Origin: Octopus sinensis
Taxonomy: Eukaryota
Length of the DNA: 64,000 nucleotides
Reading direction: 5' to 3'
NCBI RefSeq assembly: GCF_006345805.1
Contig: NC_042999.1
Span: forward strand, 3,968,001-4,032,000
The notes under the pieces: generated by a model
The model's database searches: none
Told to the model about the DNA's origin: nothing
Seen by the model: the letters and a program-made list of their open reading frames with translations, nothing else
Shown here: positions 37,566-49,757 of the stretch, piece by piece
Position numbering within the stretch: position 1 is the stretch's first letter
Layout: each line of letters begins with the position of its first letter
Program-made: the position numbers and the translations under genes

Positions 37566-37934
37566 GCAGTGGTTAGGGCAGCAGACTCGCGGTTGTAGGA
37601 TCGCAGTTTCGATTCCCAGACCGGGCGTTGTGAGTGTTTATTGAGTGAAAACACCTAAAAGCTCCACAAGGCTCCGGCAGAGGATGGTGGTGATCCCTGC
37701 TGTACTCTTTCACCACAACTTTCTCTCACTCTTACTTCCTGTTTCTGTTGTACCTGTATTTCAAAGGGCCGGCCTTGTCACTCTCTGTGTCACGCTGAAT
37801 ATCCCTGAGAACTACGTTAAGGGTGCACATGTCTGTGGAGTGCTCAGCCACTTACACGTTAATTTCACGAGCAGGCTGTTCCGTTGATTCGGATCAACTG
37901 GTACCCTCATCGTCGTAACCGACGGAGTGCTTCC
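37566..37934 (+). mobile_element. SINE family D (tRNA head), tail type 1
   Basis: Head 'agtggttagggcagcagactcgcggttgtaggatcgcagtttcgattcccagaccgggcg' is shared with 43735-44036; the 3' half begins 'cctgtatttcaaagggccggccttgtcac' (Nin/Deu-like, unverified). Confidence 0.85.
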
Positions 37935-38409
37935 AGTAAACTGTAGAGAAACTACAGTGGTTGCAATATTTCAGTTGGGCTTAAAACAAACTGACACTTC
38001 AACTGAATTTATTATAGAGGGTTAACTGCTAATGGCTTTACCTCTGAGTCACAAGTTATAAACTGTTGCAATTGTTCATCTGAAATGATAGACAATTTCT
38101 GGGGGTTCTTTTTTTTTATTATTTTTTTTTCATGCTTAATACATACATTCAGCCTGGAAAACAATGTTTCTTTTACTAGACAATAGATTCATAACCACCT
38201 GTGAAGAAAGTAGATTTTTTAATGTTTTATAACAAATTGATGCAGAATAGTAAAATTAGAGTGTTTTTTGTGAAATGGGCAGTAGATAATTTCAGGATGC
38301 TTAATGTAAATTTTTGCAACAGGCATAGGTATGGCTGTGTGGTTAAGGTGTTTGCTTCATAAATGCATAGTTTCAAGTTCAATCCAACTGTGTAGCAGCT
38401 TGACACAAC

Positions 38410-38640
38410 CAAATCATGACTTGGGAACGATATCAGAAGACATCAAGGGGAATATAAAGGTAATTGAAACTGAGTGCCCAGTAGAACTGTTACAAAAGGT
38501 TTACCGCCTTGGCACGGCCAGAATAATCAGGAAAGTATTTGATAGCAGAAAAGAATGGGTAGCATGGTATCATAGGCTGCAAGTAGCAAGCCTGCTATGC
38601 ATATAAGACTCCAGGAGCTCCAACAAAACCTGTGATAAAG
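38410..38640 (+). mobile_element. 3' end fragment of an RLE-type (R4/Dong-like) LINE
   Basis: DLGTISEDIKGNIKVIETECPVELLQKVYRLGTARIIRKVFD resembles the R4/Dong C-terminal GALG...LQK..LLGTARILRKVL. Confidence 0.75.
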
Positions 38641-39649
38641 AGAAATAATATATAACATGAGTCTCATATTATATACAAAATGCATTTCTTTTTCTGATAC
38701 ACTTCTAATATCCAATATCAATTAGTTTAGTAGAAGTATTCATTATCATCATTATCATCCATCTTCCATGTTAGCATGTGTTAGACAGTTTGATAGGAGC
38801 TGGCAAGCCAAAGGACTGCACCAAGCTCCACTGTCTATTTCGGCATGGTTCTCATGGCTAGCTACCCTCCCTAATGTCAACCATTTTGCAGAGTAAATTT
38901 GTTACTTTTCACAACACTATCAAATTCTGTTGAAGCTTATTCTAACATGTAGCAATATAAGTTGAACAAGTTTTAGAAATGATAAGTTCTTTCTGATGAT
39001 GACTAGTAAATTGAATAATTTTCATATTAGAATTTATAAATACCAGTTATTTGGGTGTTCTCTGACTTGGCACTTAATGTTATTTACTATTTTATTGTTA
39101 AAATAGTGCTCACCTTTTAATATGGATTCTAGTCAACAAAGTAATACAGTCATATTGAAAATATATCGGATATTAAATAAAATAAGTTATACATGAGTGG
39201 TAGATTCTACTGTTGGAAAATACACTTTACTTTTAGTTGGATGTGTTTTTCCACAAAATGTTTAATACTAAGAATTGATGTACAAATAGTTTCTCTATAA
39301 ACAAAGATATTAAATTTCCACAAGAGAAAAAAAAAACACAGGAAGACTAGTATTTTAGTATTTTATTTTGCTTTTGTTATAACAATATTGTCTAAATCTT
39401 CATTGACTGAACATGTTTAAGTGTATTGAGAAATATTTCTGTCGAACTACACACTTCTCATTTTCAAATCAATGGAACATGTGTGCATTTGAAAAGAAAA
39501 ACATCATATTGCACTTTTAACCTTCATGTTTATGAAATTACATATATATAAATGTGTGTGTGTGTATTTACACATCTTTATGTTTGCCTATAAGTAAATT
39601 TACATAGGCATGCATACACACACACACACACACATATATACACACAATC

Positions 39650-40290
39650 TCAATATGTTGAGCATCGTGGAAGGAATGACAAAGGTCCAAGATGATTTGC
39701 AATTTGCCGTGCCAGAGAAAACCTGTCTGTCATGGTAAAAGTGAGGTCCTTAAAGCAATGTGCTTTTGCCTGTGCATGCCAGGCTCTGTACCCAATCTTC
39801 CTCCTCCAACACTCTTCTAACTGTGGCACTACTCAGCTGCTGTAATCATTTGAAAGACATGAGTAACAAATAGATATCAGCAAAGGGCCGTAGTAAATTC
39901 TTTTCACATAAGGAATCTGAAGAAAATATGTCAGCCCTTAACGACCATGTTTCCAATGATACATTGTACTAAATGGCTGACGTAAAGCAAATTAGCACAA
40001 GGATAAAGGAACGCTGGCTGAGATGGATTGGTCACCAACTGTGACACCCAGCCAATGAACATCATCAACAGCACCTGCTGCTTAACTACCTACACGGTGA
40101 AAAGTGCAGGAGGAAACGACCAAGAATAATTTACCATCATATGATTTGTGCAGACTGCAGGATGTTGCTCAATGAAATACTTCAAGCAGATGAAGATGGA
40201 AATGAGTGGAAAGCCTTAATAAACTATGTCTGCCAATGACTGCTGCCTACATCCGTTTTTCCCTATTGTTCATATTTCTTTGTTGAATGT
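39650..40290 (+). mobile_element. Decayed RTE-group LINE 3' ORF fragment
   Basis: KQISTRIKERWLRWIGH motif plus an upstream KVR..KAC-like segment; many stops. Confidence 0.65.
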
Positions 40291-40509
40291 TAAATAATAA
40301 ATATTGATTGATTGATATATGTATTTATATATATGCACGTGTGTATATATGTATATACATACATGTATCATTTATCTTTCCTGTTAGTCTCTTTTACTGA
40401 ACCATTGGGTAAACAAACCAACACCGGTTGTCAAGTGGTGGTGGGGGGTCAAGTAAAGACACAAAGACACACACACACAAAGATATGAATATGCATGTAT
40501 GTATGTATG

Positions 40510-40555
<46 letters not shown>

Positions 40556-41707
40556 TATCTTACATATATTTTTCTGAATCTTCAGATTTTTTCAATATGC
40601 TAGGCCACTGGTTTAAATTGATATTAATTAAATTAATATTCAATTTTTTACCCTTATTATTTAAATTTATATATATATATACACAATAAAAATCTTTCAG
40701 TTTCTATCTACTAAATCCACTCACAAAACTTTGGTTTGTCATAGACCATAGTAGAAGTCACTTGCCCATAGTGCCCCAAAGTGGAACTAAACCAGGATCC
40801 ATAAGGCTGGAAAGCAAGTTTCTTATCACACAGTCATGCCTGTACCTACACACATACACACTCTCATACATGCACACACACACACACACACACCTGCATT
40901 CATGTATGCCGATATGTAAATTTACAAATACTTTAGCTTGTATTACAAGCTAATATGTATGTAAATATAATTAAGTCCATATACATGCACCATTCTATTA
41001 AGCTGAAATTTTCTTTAGTTGCTTTTAACATCTCATTTCTTTATTTTTCAACTGGAGATTGTTCCTAATTATGTTCACATGCCAAAGTCTACAGCTAAAC
41101 TGTGTTTAAACTATATCCTAGCATAGCAGTATCTGCATCAAGTCTAACTATACATGAATTTTAGTGTTCATGAATATGTCTGTTAATGACATTTATATAT
41201 TCCTTGTGTATCATTATATATTTAATGTGGACATCTACAATTTTTATGATGATGGAAATGTATAGGATTGCCAGCATGATGTTCATAATGAGTGAGAAAT
41301 AGGATTGTTACCCAACACTTGTAGGTTAATATTTACATTCATTAACCTTACCAAATACAAATCTATCAGATCTATCAAAAATATCAACATTACGTTAGTA
41401 TACATAACACCTGATTTAGCCATACAAGACACTGCGAGTGTACAAAATAAATTATGCATATATGTATACAAATATTATGCCTATATGTATACAAATATAG
41501 AAATAACATGAAAATATATAATATATTGTATAGTCATATAAGAAAACTAATGTGGTCAAGTGTAATGACTATCATTATTATACATTCTTCTACGATAGTT
41601 GCCTACAGCAAGTTCCTTAGTCATATATATTACTTTTGTATTGTGGCCAGACAAGGCAGCTGTTATGACCATAGATATTTTTATAGAATGGAATGATGGT
41701 ATATTTT

Positions 41708-41787
41708 AGTATGGTCATGTGGTGTATCATGTTGATAAAGGGTTACTAGCAGCCCTTTATGAAGATGATAGACCACACCACCATGTT
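41708..41787 (+). ncRNA. Candidate pre-miRNA-like hairpin
   Basis: About 24-nt arms (GTGGTGTATCATGTTGATAAAGGG / CCCTTTATGAAGATGATAGACCAC), about 10-nt apex, further about 11-bp imperfect basal stem. Not matched to any miRNA I recognise. Confidence 0.35.
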
Positions 41788-42927
41788 TTGCTTATTGTAG
41801 TGTCTTACATGTCTGCAAGGAGTAAAAAGATACTAGAAACCATCTTCATTGAAAACAAACATAATTTCCATATTTCAAGAGATGCCTGATTGGACAATTA
41901 CACACTCTGATTGTCTTCTAGCTTCTCTATTCACATTTCTTTTTAGACTTTTTTGTTTTACTTTGGTTTCTAATTTTAATTTTTATTATGATAGCAACTC
42001 AAATATTCTAGCATTTCAAATGAAAAATAGTTATTTGATTTTTATTTATTTTCAACAACAGAAACCATAGTAGAGGAAAGTTTGATTAGAAATAAAACAA
42101 AAAAAGTTGTAAAAAAAAATTCAATTTTTAAATATTTTGCTTTCTTTATATGATATTTCTCAAAACTGCAATTTTTCTCTTTCACTCTTAATAATTTTTA
42201 AAAGATGAATAATTCTATAGTTTTGGGCTAAATTCCGTGGCAATTAAATTGTTTTAACTTTTTAAAAAAAGTGTTTCTCTCTCCTTAATCAATTTCAAAA
42301 CAACTATATCAATAAATCATGGCTCTTGCATTGAAACAATAGAAAAACAACAACTTATCAAGAATAGTGTGTTGGTAAAACATTTCCTTAGAGCACTTGT
42401 TATTGAATTTCATCTTAGAATATGAATACTGACTACAGAAGAAAAAGTAAACACAATAATCACATTTTTATTTTTATATTTGTATTTTAAACATAAAAAT
42501 TTGAATGCGACCCAGTGCCATAGAATTCACACTATTTGATGTGTTTAACAATCAGAAGAGAGAAATCATGTATTTCTATAACAAATATTGTTCACTTGTC
42601 TTATTGGCAAGAACTTTTTTATTGCTAAGTTATAATTTTTACTGAAATTATAAATGCTAGCAACAATGCTACTGCCTGAAAGAGGTTGATACAGAGTATA
42701 TTATTAGATGGCATGAATGAATGACATCTCTAGAATTTTTAACCTCCAATATTTGAAACTAAAACAAAAAAAAAACCGAAGTTCCAATTATTGTTTCACA
42801 TTTCACTCTTTATTTCCTTATTTCATACTGCCATTGGTGAACAAAAGTATTGTTAGTTATAGGTTTCCAATGAGTGAATCATTGGTTCATTTAATTGCCG
42901 AGAGTAAGAAACTCTGTAAGTCAAAAC

Positions 42928-42988
42928 AGAACAACTGGACAAGTGATGCCTTCAACTTTGTTTAGGGGCATCACTTGTCCAGTTTTCT
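42928..42988. repeat. Short perfect inverted repeat (18 bp plus 2 GU pairs, 12-nt loop)
   Basis: aactggacaagtgatgcc 42933-42950 / ggcatcacttgtccagtt 42967-42984. Confidence 0.9.
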
Positions 42989-43149
42989 TTATGATATTCA
43001 CATTCTTCAACATTATATATTGTCAGAAGTTACCTACATACAAACACACAATATATATATAGACAAATATACTTGTATGTATGTGCATGGACATGTATTG
43101 ATATACATATATATCTGCATATATATATGTAAACATGTTTATGTATGTG

Positions 43150-43234
<85 letters not shown>

Positions 43235-43410
43235 CATCATCATCATTATCATCATCATCATCGATTAACATCTGTTTTCCATGCTGGCATGGGTTGGATT
43301 ATTTGATTGCAGTCTGAAGAGCCAGCGGCTGCACCAAGCTCCAACCTGGTCTGGCAGAGTTTCTACAGCTGGATGCCCTTCCTAATGCCAACCACTCCAA
43401 GAGTGTAGTG
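43235..43410 (-). mobile_element. RTE LINE 3' UTR fragment
   Basis: Same tail family. Confidence 0.8.
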
Positions 43411-43734
43411 GGTGCTTTTTATGTGCCACATTTAATGACAATTATAGTTTCCTTTTTGGTAAACATTGCTCACTGCTGTCCATATTAAATTATTATGTAG
43501 TAATGGAGCAATAACTTAAGTGGTTTGTAGTCCATCTGGTGTCTATTTCTAGTGTTCAGACGTTGTCAATTCAGTGTCCTTTATCATAATTATATTTTTA
43601 TAATTATACTTAAATATAAATTAATCAATATGGTCCTGTTTGTATGCTGGCCACTGATAAATCATTAAATAATGACTTTTTCCTAATTATATATATATAT
43701 ATATATTTGTGTATACATATATATTTACATATAT

Positions 43735-44036
43735 ATGTGATCATGTGACCGACCAGACCATCAGATGTTGCTACACATCACTGGTCACAATGCGTTCGCA
43801 TTCTTTTAGCCTTCGAATGACGCCACCCCGCTGGCTAAGCGAGCAGGCCAACAGAAGAAAGAGTGAAAGAAAGAGTGGTGAAAGAGTACAGCAGGGATCA
43901 CCACCCCCTGCCGGAGCCTCGTGGAGCTTTTACGTGTTTTCGGTCAATAAACACTCACAACGCCCGGTCTGGGAATCGAAACCGCGATCCTACGACCACG
44001 AGTCTGCTGCCCTAACCACTAGGCCATTGCGCCTCC
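43735..44036 (-). mobile_element. SINE family D (tRNA head), tail type 2
   Basis: Intact head 'ggaggcgcaatggcctagtggttagggcagcagactcg...gtttcgattccc'; the 3' half is unrelated to that of 37566-37934. Confidence 0.85.
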
Positions 44037-44145
44037 CCACATATATATGTATATACATATATTTGTGTGTGTGTGTGTGTGTGTGTGTGACCACGTGTGT
44101 ACCATTGGCGATTGTTTTCCTGTCTTCCCTTCTTTGGATCTTTCC

Positions 44146-44182
44146 TGTTTCTGATGAAGAGCTCCACTCGAAACGTTAAATC
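44146..44182 (+). ncRNA. Minimal type I hammerhead motif, canonical core, weak stem I
   Basis: CTGATGA 44151-44157; stem II GAG-ctcca-CTC; GAAA 44170-44173; palindromic AACGTT. Downstream 'ttcctgagcg' is shared with the 4430 family. Confidence 0.55.
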
Positions 44183-44306
44183 TTTCTTCTTTCTTTCCTT
44201 TCCTGAGCGTCCAATAACAATATACTTGTTCCACGTCCTCGCGTTGTTGTGTTTTCTCTTTGTGTTTTCATGTTTGGATTAACTATATATATACATATAT
44301 ACATTC

Positions 44307-44390
<84 letters not shown>

Positions 44391-45418
44391 CATGGCAACC
44401 TTCAGTACAGCCGTGGTAGAAAAATAGAAAAAACTATGATCAAGATGTCATACACTTTGATCAAACCACATGGCTGTAAATCAAACTAAACTTCTTAATC
44501 ATGATGCGATGATGCCTGCATTGGAAAAGCAGCAACAGCAAAGCTATAAAATACGAGTTCACAGTGTAGCATTAATACATAATTATAGCTATCAATCCAC
44601 TTCCTCTTCTGTCATGCATTACTATTCATGAAATATTTTTATATCAAACAAGCTGCATCATACCTTTAATGACTCCACAGAAAAAGTTATTTATGCTTCA
44701 TAATCAAGAATAACTTTTAGCATTAACTCTAAGCCTTCAGATATAACTCTTTACTCAATGATTAACAAGAAAATTTTCAATCGCTGTTACCAAACACTTT
44801 AGAGAATCAAAGTAAAATTTGAAACTATTCTGGAATCTAAATACTCACCGTCTATAATCCATTAAACCGACGTAGGAGTGATGTGTTTAATGTCTTCTTC
44901 TCCTCCCCCTCTCTCTCTCTCTCTTTCTTCCTCTCATAGAATTCTATTTTTGTTTAATAGAGACACTTATCATTTCTGTGTTTAATTTTGCGGAAAACAA
45001 TTTTAAATAACAGTGTCATATCCTCAAAATATCACGCTGAAATTGCAAAAAAATATCTTTTCTATAAAATTTCATAATTATTTCTCAAATATGGCCAATA
45101 TGTTTTTAGAACTAAGTATGGTTAAAAGAGAAGAGCATACTAAGAAATAATGCATAAAGCAACTGCTTAGTGTACCCAACCAACTTCATCATTATCATCA
45201 TTGTTTTAACATCCATTTTTTCATGTTTGTATGGATCAGATGTAATTTGTTGAAACATTTTCTGTGCCTGGATGCCCTTCCTTTTCTTGTTTCCAAGCAA
45301 GTTGATAGTTCCCACTGGCCATACATGTGTCCACAGGATATAAGAAATGAATGACACCACTTGATGATAGTGACATTCATTTACAACTATCCCACAATGT
45401 CAAAGACACAAGCATACA

Positions 45419-45422
<4 letters not shown>

Positions 45423-45502
<80 letters not shown>
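45423..45502. repeat. (CA)n microsatellite
   Basis: Direct reading. Confidence 0.95.
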
Positions 45503-45504
<2 letters not shown>

Positions 45505-46115
45505 AGAGATGTATTTATTTCAGTTTCAGTCCACCAAGTGCACCACTCAGTAGGTTTTGGTCAACCCAAGGTTATAATAGAAGACACTTGCCCAAGGTGC
45601 CACACTGTGAGACTGAGCCAAGAACCATATGGTTGAGAACCAAACTTCTTAACCACACAGTCATGACAACCATAAAGATAAATTACAGAAATATCTCTTA
45701 GAGACTAAATTAAGACAAGAAAATAAAAGACTGAATTTGTAATTAACTTCAATGTTCAATGTACTATTCAGTCACATCACTTAAGTTGTTATTTTCTTAT
45801 TGTATATATAATCATAAATTATTGCTTTATAATACACCTAACATCTAACATATAAATTAATAGCTGAGTGTAGCTATCAAACAATATCAAAAAAATAAGC
45901 AGCATTTAATTTCACTTGCTCAGGAGTGTCACATCTAAGGGTCTCATAGAGAACTGTATTTCATATATAAGGCTTCATGCTAAAATAAAAGAAACAAAAT
46001 GGTCAAGTACAAGGAACCACACCCTTTCAGCTTTATTCATTGTCTGTTACAGAAGTCATTAAATTTTATTATTTTGCTTTAATATTTGCTTTAAATTCTT
46101 TTTCTAAATTCTTAT

Positions 46116-46210
46116 TGCTAATAATTTCTTTCTTTTTTTCTTTTGTAGGTAAGTGTACCATTTTACTTTAAATTGAATTTCTATGAGCACATATCAAAAT
46201 TCAGGTAAGA
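46116..46210 (+). promoter_or_regulatory. Strong 3' splice site immediately followed by a consensus 5' splice site (AG|GTAAGT), with a second donor 56 nt later
   Basis: Branch-like GCTAAT about 46117-46122, about 20-nt pyrimidine tract, TAG 46146-46148, GTAAGT 46149-46154; CAG|GTAAGA at 46204/46205. Confidence 0.5.
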
Positions 46211-47029
46211 TATGCATGCACCAACAGAAAACATTTTGTACCACTGAGATGCCTAAATTCAGCATTCTGTCCTTTTTCTTATTTTATCATTTATTCTAGA
46301 TGACATCAGATACTTTATACATCTTTAACTTATGGTGTAGTTCTTAGACTCTTGATGGTAATGATTATCATAATTTAATGTTTAGCTTCCAAGCTGATGC
46401 GAGTGGATAGTTTGACAGGATGTGACAAGCTGGGGGACTGTGTCTACTTTGAAATGGCTTCTACAGCTGGATGCCTTTCCTAACACCAGTCACTTTACAG
46501 AGTGTACAGAGTGCTCTTACTTAATTGTGATGGCTTAAGTAATTCTAAATCTGAACTCAAATGCCATCTTAGCAAAAGATTTTTGAACAATTTTCTTGTT
46601 AATAATGAAAGTATTTTTGCCATTTGATTTCATAAATTTACTGACAATAATGTACAAGTACATTATTTTGCCAACATATTTTTCTTGATTTTCAACACTT
46701 TGCTCCATCTGTGTACAAGCTTTTTATGCTAATGAAGCCATAACTGTTTATGAGATATATATGCACTGCTTCCTTCGTACCTAGACTGTGGATATTTTCA
46801 AAATGTTTTCTAGTTGTATTCAGGTGTTGTAATTTAATTTCTGAATCGTTATATACATTTCAGTTTTTAAGCCCTCCATTTTCTATAGCAATACATATAT
46901 TTTTGTTCGGTTCATATGTGAAGCGGAATTATACAAGAACTACCTTCAATATATTGTATGCAGTGTATGTGAACAAAGATTGCTTTGTTAATTCAAGTCG
47001 ACTGAAATAAGAAGTAACTGAGGAAATTC

Positions 47030-47190
47030 AGAGATGATGACTAACAGAATCACAAAGAAACCGCTGGATGTAGCAGTTAATTTCAGTTATCTTTTTGACA
47101 GAATTAGTTCTGAAAGTGAAGTTTGTGAATGCATACTGCCTAGGATACAAAATATCCACAAGAAATTTAGGAAACTGAACACCTGTTTTT
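47030..47190 (+). mobile_element. Decayed RTE RT fragment
   Basis: KPLDVAVNFSYLFDRISSESEVCECILPRIQNIHKKFRKL resembles RTE LEVV..F.YLG..IS......I..RI....KKFREL. Confidence 0.55.
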
Positions 47191-49199
47191 AACAAAAGGA
47201 CTATCTCTCTCTATCTCCCATACTCTTGTTCTCTCATCCTCTCTCTGGCTGATTTATTCATTCATACATACACACGCAAAGAAATTATCCATTTGGCATA
47301 ATTGCAATGCTGCATAGCAGTAATACTTGAGCAATAAAGGCAGGGAACATGCAATGATTGAAGAGGAATGAGTTTAGTATGATTTATTAGGTTTTCAATA
47401 TGAATTTGTTTGACAGATTGAATTAATATGAGCGAGACAGCTTTTGGTTATCAAAAGTGTTGGTTAATGTATTCAAAAGTGGAGATGAGATTCTTCTATC
47501 ATAGTATGGAATATGAAAGTAGACCTGTTCCACATTAGCTATTCTGGAAAATTTGATGCTAAATCTTTGTTGATGATCATTATATGATTATAGCAACATT
47601 ATGATAGTAATAAAAATTCTTTCCAGTTATTGCACAAGACCAGCAACTATAGTGGAAGGAGTGTAGTCAGTTACATCAACCCCAGCACTTGACTGGTACT
47701 TTATTTAGCACTATTTATTATATTTATCTATGAAAGGTGAAGGGAGTTGTATAATAATTTGATTCATTTGAAAACAGGAACTCCTTGACATAACAATAAA
47801 GAAAATTAATTGTGATTTTTTTTCATGCAAAAATGCAAAAAAAAAAAAAATGAGTTTGGAATAGTAATATTTTGTTTGTTAGAATTATGTGAATAGAAGT
47901 TTCTGTTTTATTTTTTTTCCAAGAAATGTTTTCACTTATTATACGTTTTCCAATTTGTATTCCTTTGAATTTTCCTCCTGATAGATGTACACCATACTCC
48001 AAGGTTGAATGAAGCTTTGCAAGTAAAATTGGGTGGACAGAAACATTGTGAAAGCCCAGATGATGAATTGCATCTGCTTTTCAATTTATGATTTGACTTA
48101 GTACTACCATCTGCCCCTCTAGGGTACCTTTAGTAGAGTCCACTCTGTTGCAAGTATATTGGACAGGCTTCTTACTTGAAGATAATTTGATATCTTGATG
48201 CACTTCTTCATAATGTAGCTGCTCATAATTGATGCTCTCTTTCTCCCCCTCCCCCCTACCAGACTCAGAGATCTTACAAAGTTCATAGCCACATTTCTTG
48301 CTTCCTCTGATTAAATTTTATAAAAGAAAATTGGATCTTTTAAATGCTACATATTCAGTAAGGATTCAAATCTGGTTTTACTTTTCACCAAATTTTTTAT
48401 TCCAATGGTATTTCTTTTTCTGGTTTTGTTTTTTACTTACAGTTTAAAGCTGTTATTAACATCACATGGTCAGCTTCATTGATTATTTATAATCCCTACT
48501 GTGGCTTCCTGTCACTTACAAAAACTTAATCAATGACAGAAGAATAGATATGAAAAATGTTTTTGTTGTTCTTGTAGTTTTGTGCTTGTGTTTTTTATAA
48601 AGAAGAAATTATTGAAAACTGTGAGTGCTCAGGATCAGCCTGGCTGAACTCATGCATTTATGGCATGAGATATTTGCCAAATACCATTAATGTAGACATT
48701 TTCCCACAAGTAGTATTTCATTTCTCTATATGTTTTTAAAAAATTTACTATTCTAAGAACTAGAGCAATTATAGGCTTATTTATAACAAAATGAAAGCTA
48801 TATTGATCTTCAGTGTTGGAAAATGTCTGTCTCGGTGAAAAAAAGGACATGTCTGTTTGGATTTATTTATAATAGTAATAAATGAAATCAGACAGAAGGT
48901 TTTGTGACTGAACAGTTTTTCATTTTCTGTTAATATCCTCATGTTTCCACGAAGCAAAAAGAGAAATATCTGTGAAAAAAAGTGTACAAGTAGTTTGCTG
49001 AACACATGACAAATAAAGATGTCCATGGTTTTTCAAACTCACTTAGAGTGTGTGTTGTTATTTTTATTGCAGTTAGCTCTGGGTCAACTCAGATACAGTA
49101 GACCAATGATCAAATACACTTGCACTTCTTTACTAGTTGGGCCATGTGGGCACTTGTACATCAACCCTTGTATTCTATCATGATTTAGTGATGGGAAAG

Positions 49200-49600
49200 A
49201 GCCATAATGTTTTCAGGGAGACTCTAGATATCAATGAAAATCAACTGAATAATCTATTCTCAAGTCTTTTTAACCTGGAGACTATAGACAATCTCAAGAA
49301 ATGCCCCCAAACCCAGTTGTGTTTGTATGGTGCATTGCTGAACTTTACAAACATGACAGTCCTATCAATCTGGACTAACTATGATGCCTTCTTGACAATA
49401 ATCTTCTGTATGCAGTCATTCAGTATCTCAGTATTACTGGTTTCTAGAGTTTTTCAAACATTCATTGCCATGCAGAATACATCAAGCTATCAGCCAAATT
49501 AATCGTGTAGACTATCTAGATAAAAATCATGAACTTCAGACATCTTCAAATAAACATAACATTTTACAGAAAAGAGCTTTTGACCCAATTCTGTTTTTCC
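49200..49600 (+). mobile_element. Probable decayed Penelope-like RT fragment
   Basis: Across frameshifts: PKPSC/LYG.L/(L)YKHDSPI...LLYAVIQYLS...AFDPILF resembles PLE P.RLYGLPK.HK...P.RPIVS...Y....YL...SFDV.SLF. Confidence 0.4.
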
Positions 49601-49686
49601 TTTTTTTTTTTTAAAGATTGGGAAGTACAGCTTCTTTCAGAAACAATCAACTTCAATGAAAGATCTTGACCTTCAATTTTACTTAC

Positions 49687-49757
49687 TTCCACTCTAGTGT
49701 ATCTTGTTACTTTCCTTTGACCATAAAGGTCAGTAGTCTTTCTTTGCCTTGTGGCTT
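49687..49757 (-). other. Candidate 71-nt internal exon of an unidentified gene
   Basis: Acceptor ttatctttttttcttttgcag, donor GAA|gtaagt; one open phase, (E)ATRQRKTTDLYGQRKVTRYTRVE. Not recognised, and no partner exons found. Confidence 0.3.

Noticed and set aside
41352-41431. 80-nt minus-strand segment with a good acceptor and donor (SCMAKSGVMYTNVMLIFLIDLIDLYL)
   Set aside because: The peptide is unrecognisable and phase-incompatible with the nearest upstream candidates; such signal pairs arise by chance in 64 kb.
36876-44036. tRNA-like heads with A and B boxes
   Set aside because: They run directly into SINE bodies and lack a closed acceptor stem and terminator; not called tRNA genes.
49137-49502. 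121-aa ORF with an LRR-like stretch (TLDINENQLNNLFSSLFNL) right after a good acceptor
   Set aside because: Only one partial repeat and no convincing donor. Adjacent frames fit a frameshifted Penelope RT better.
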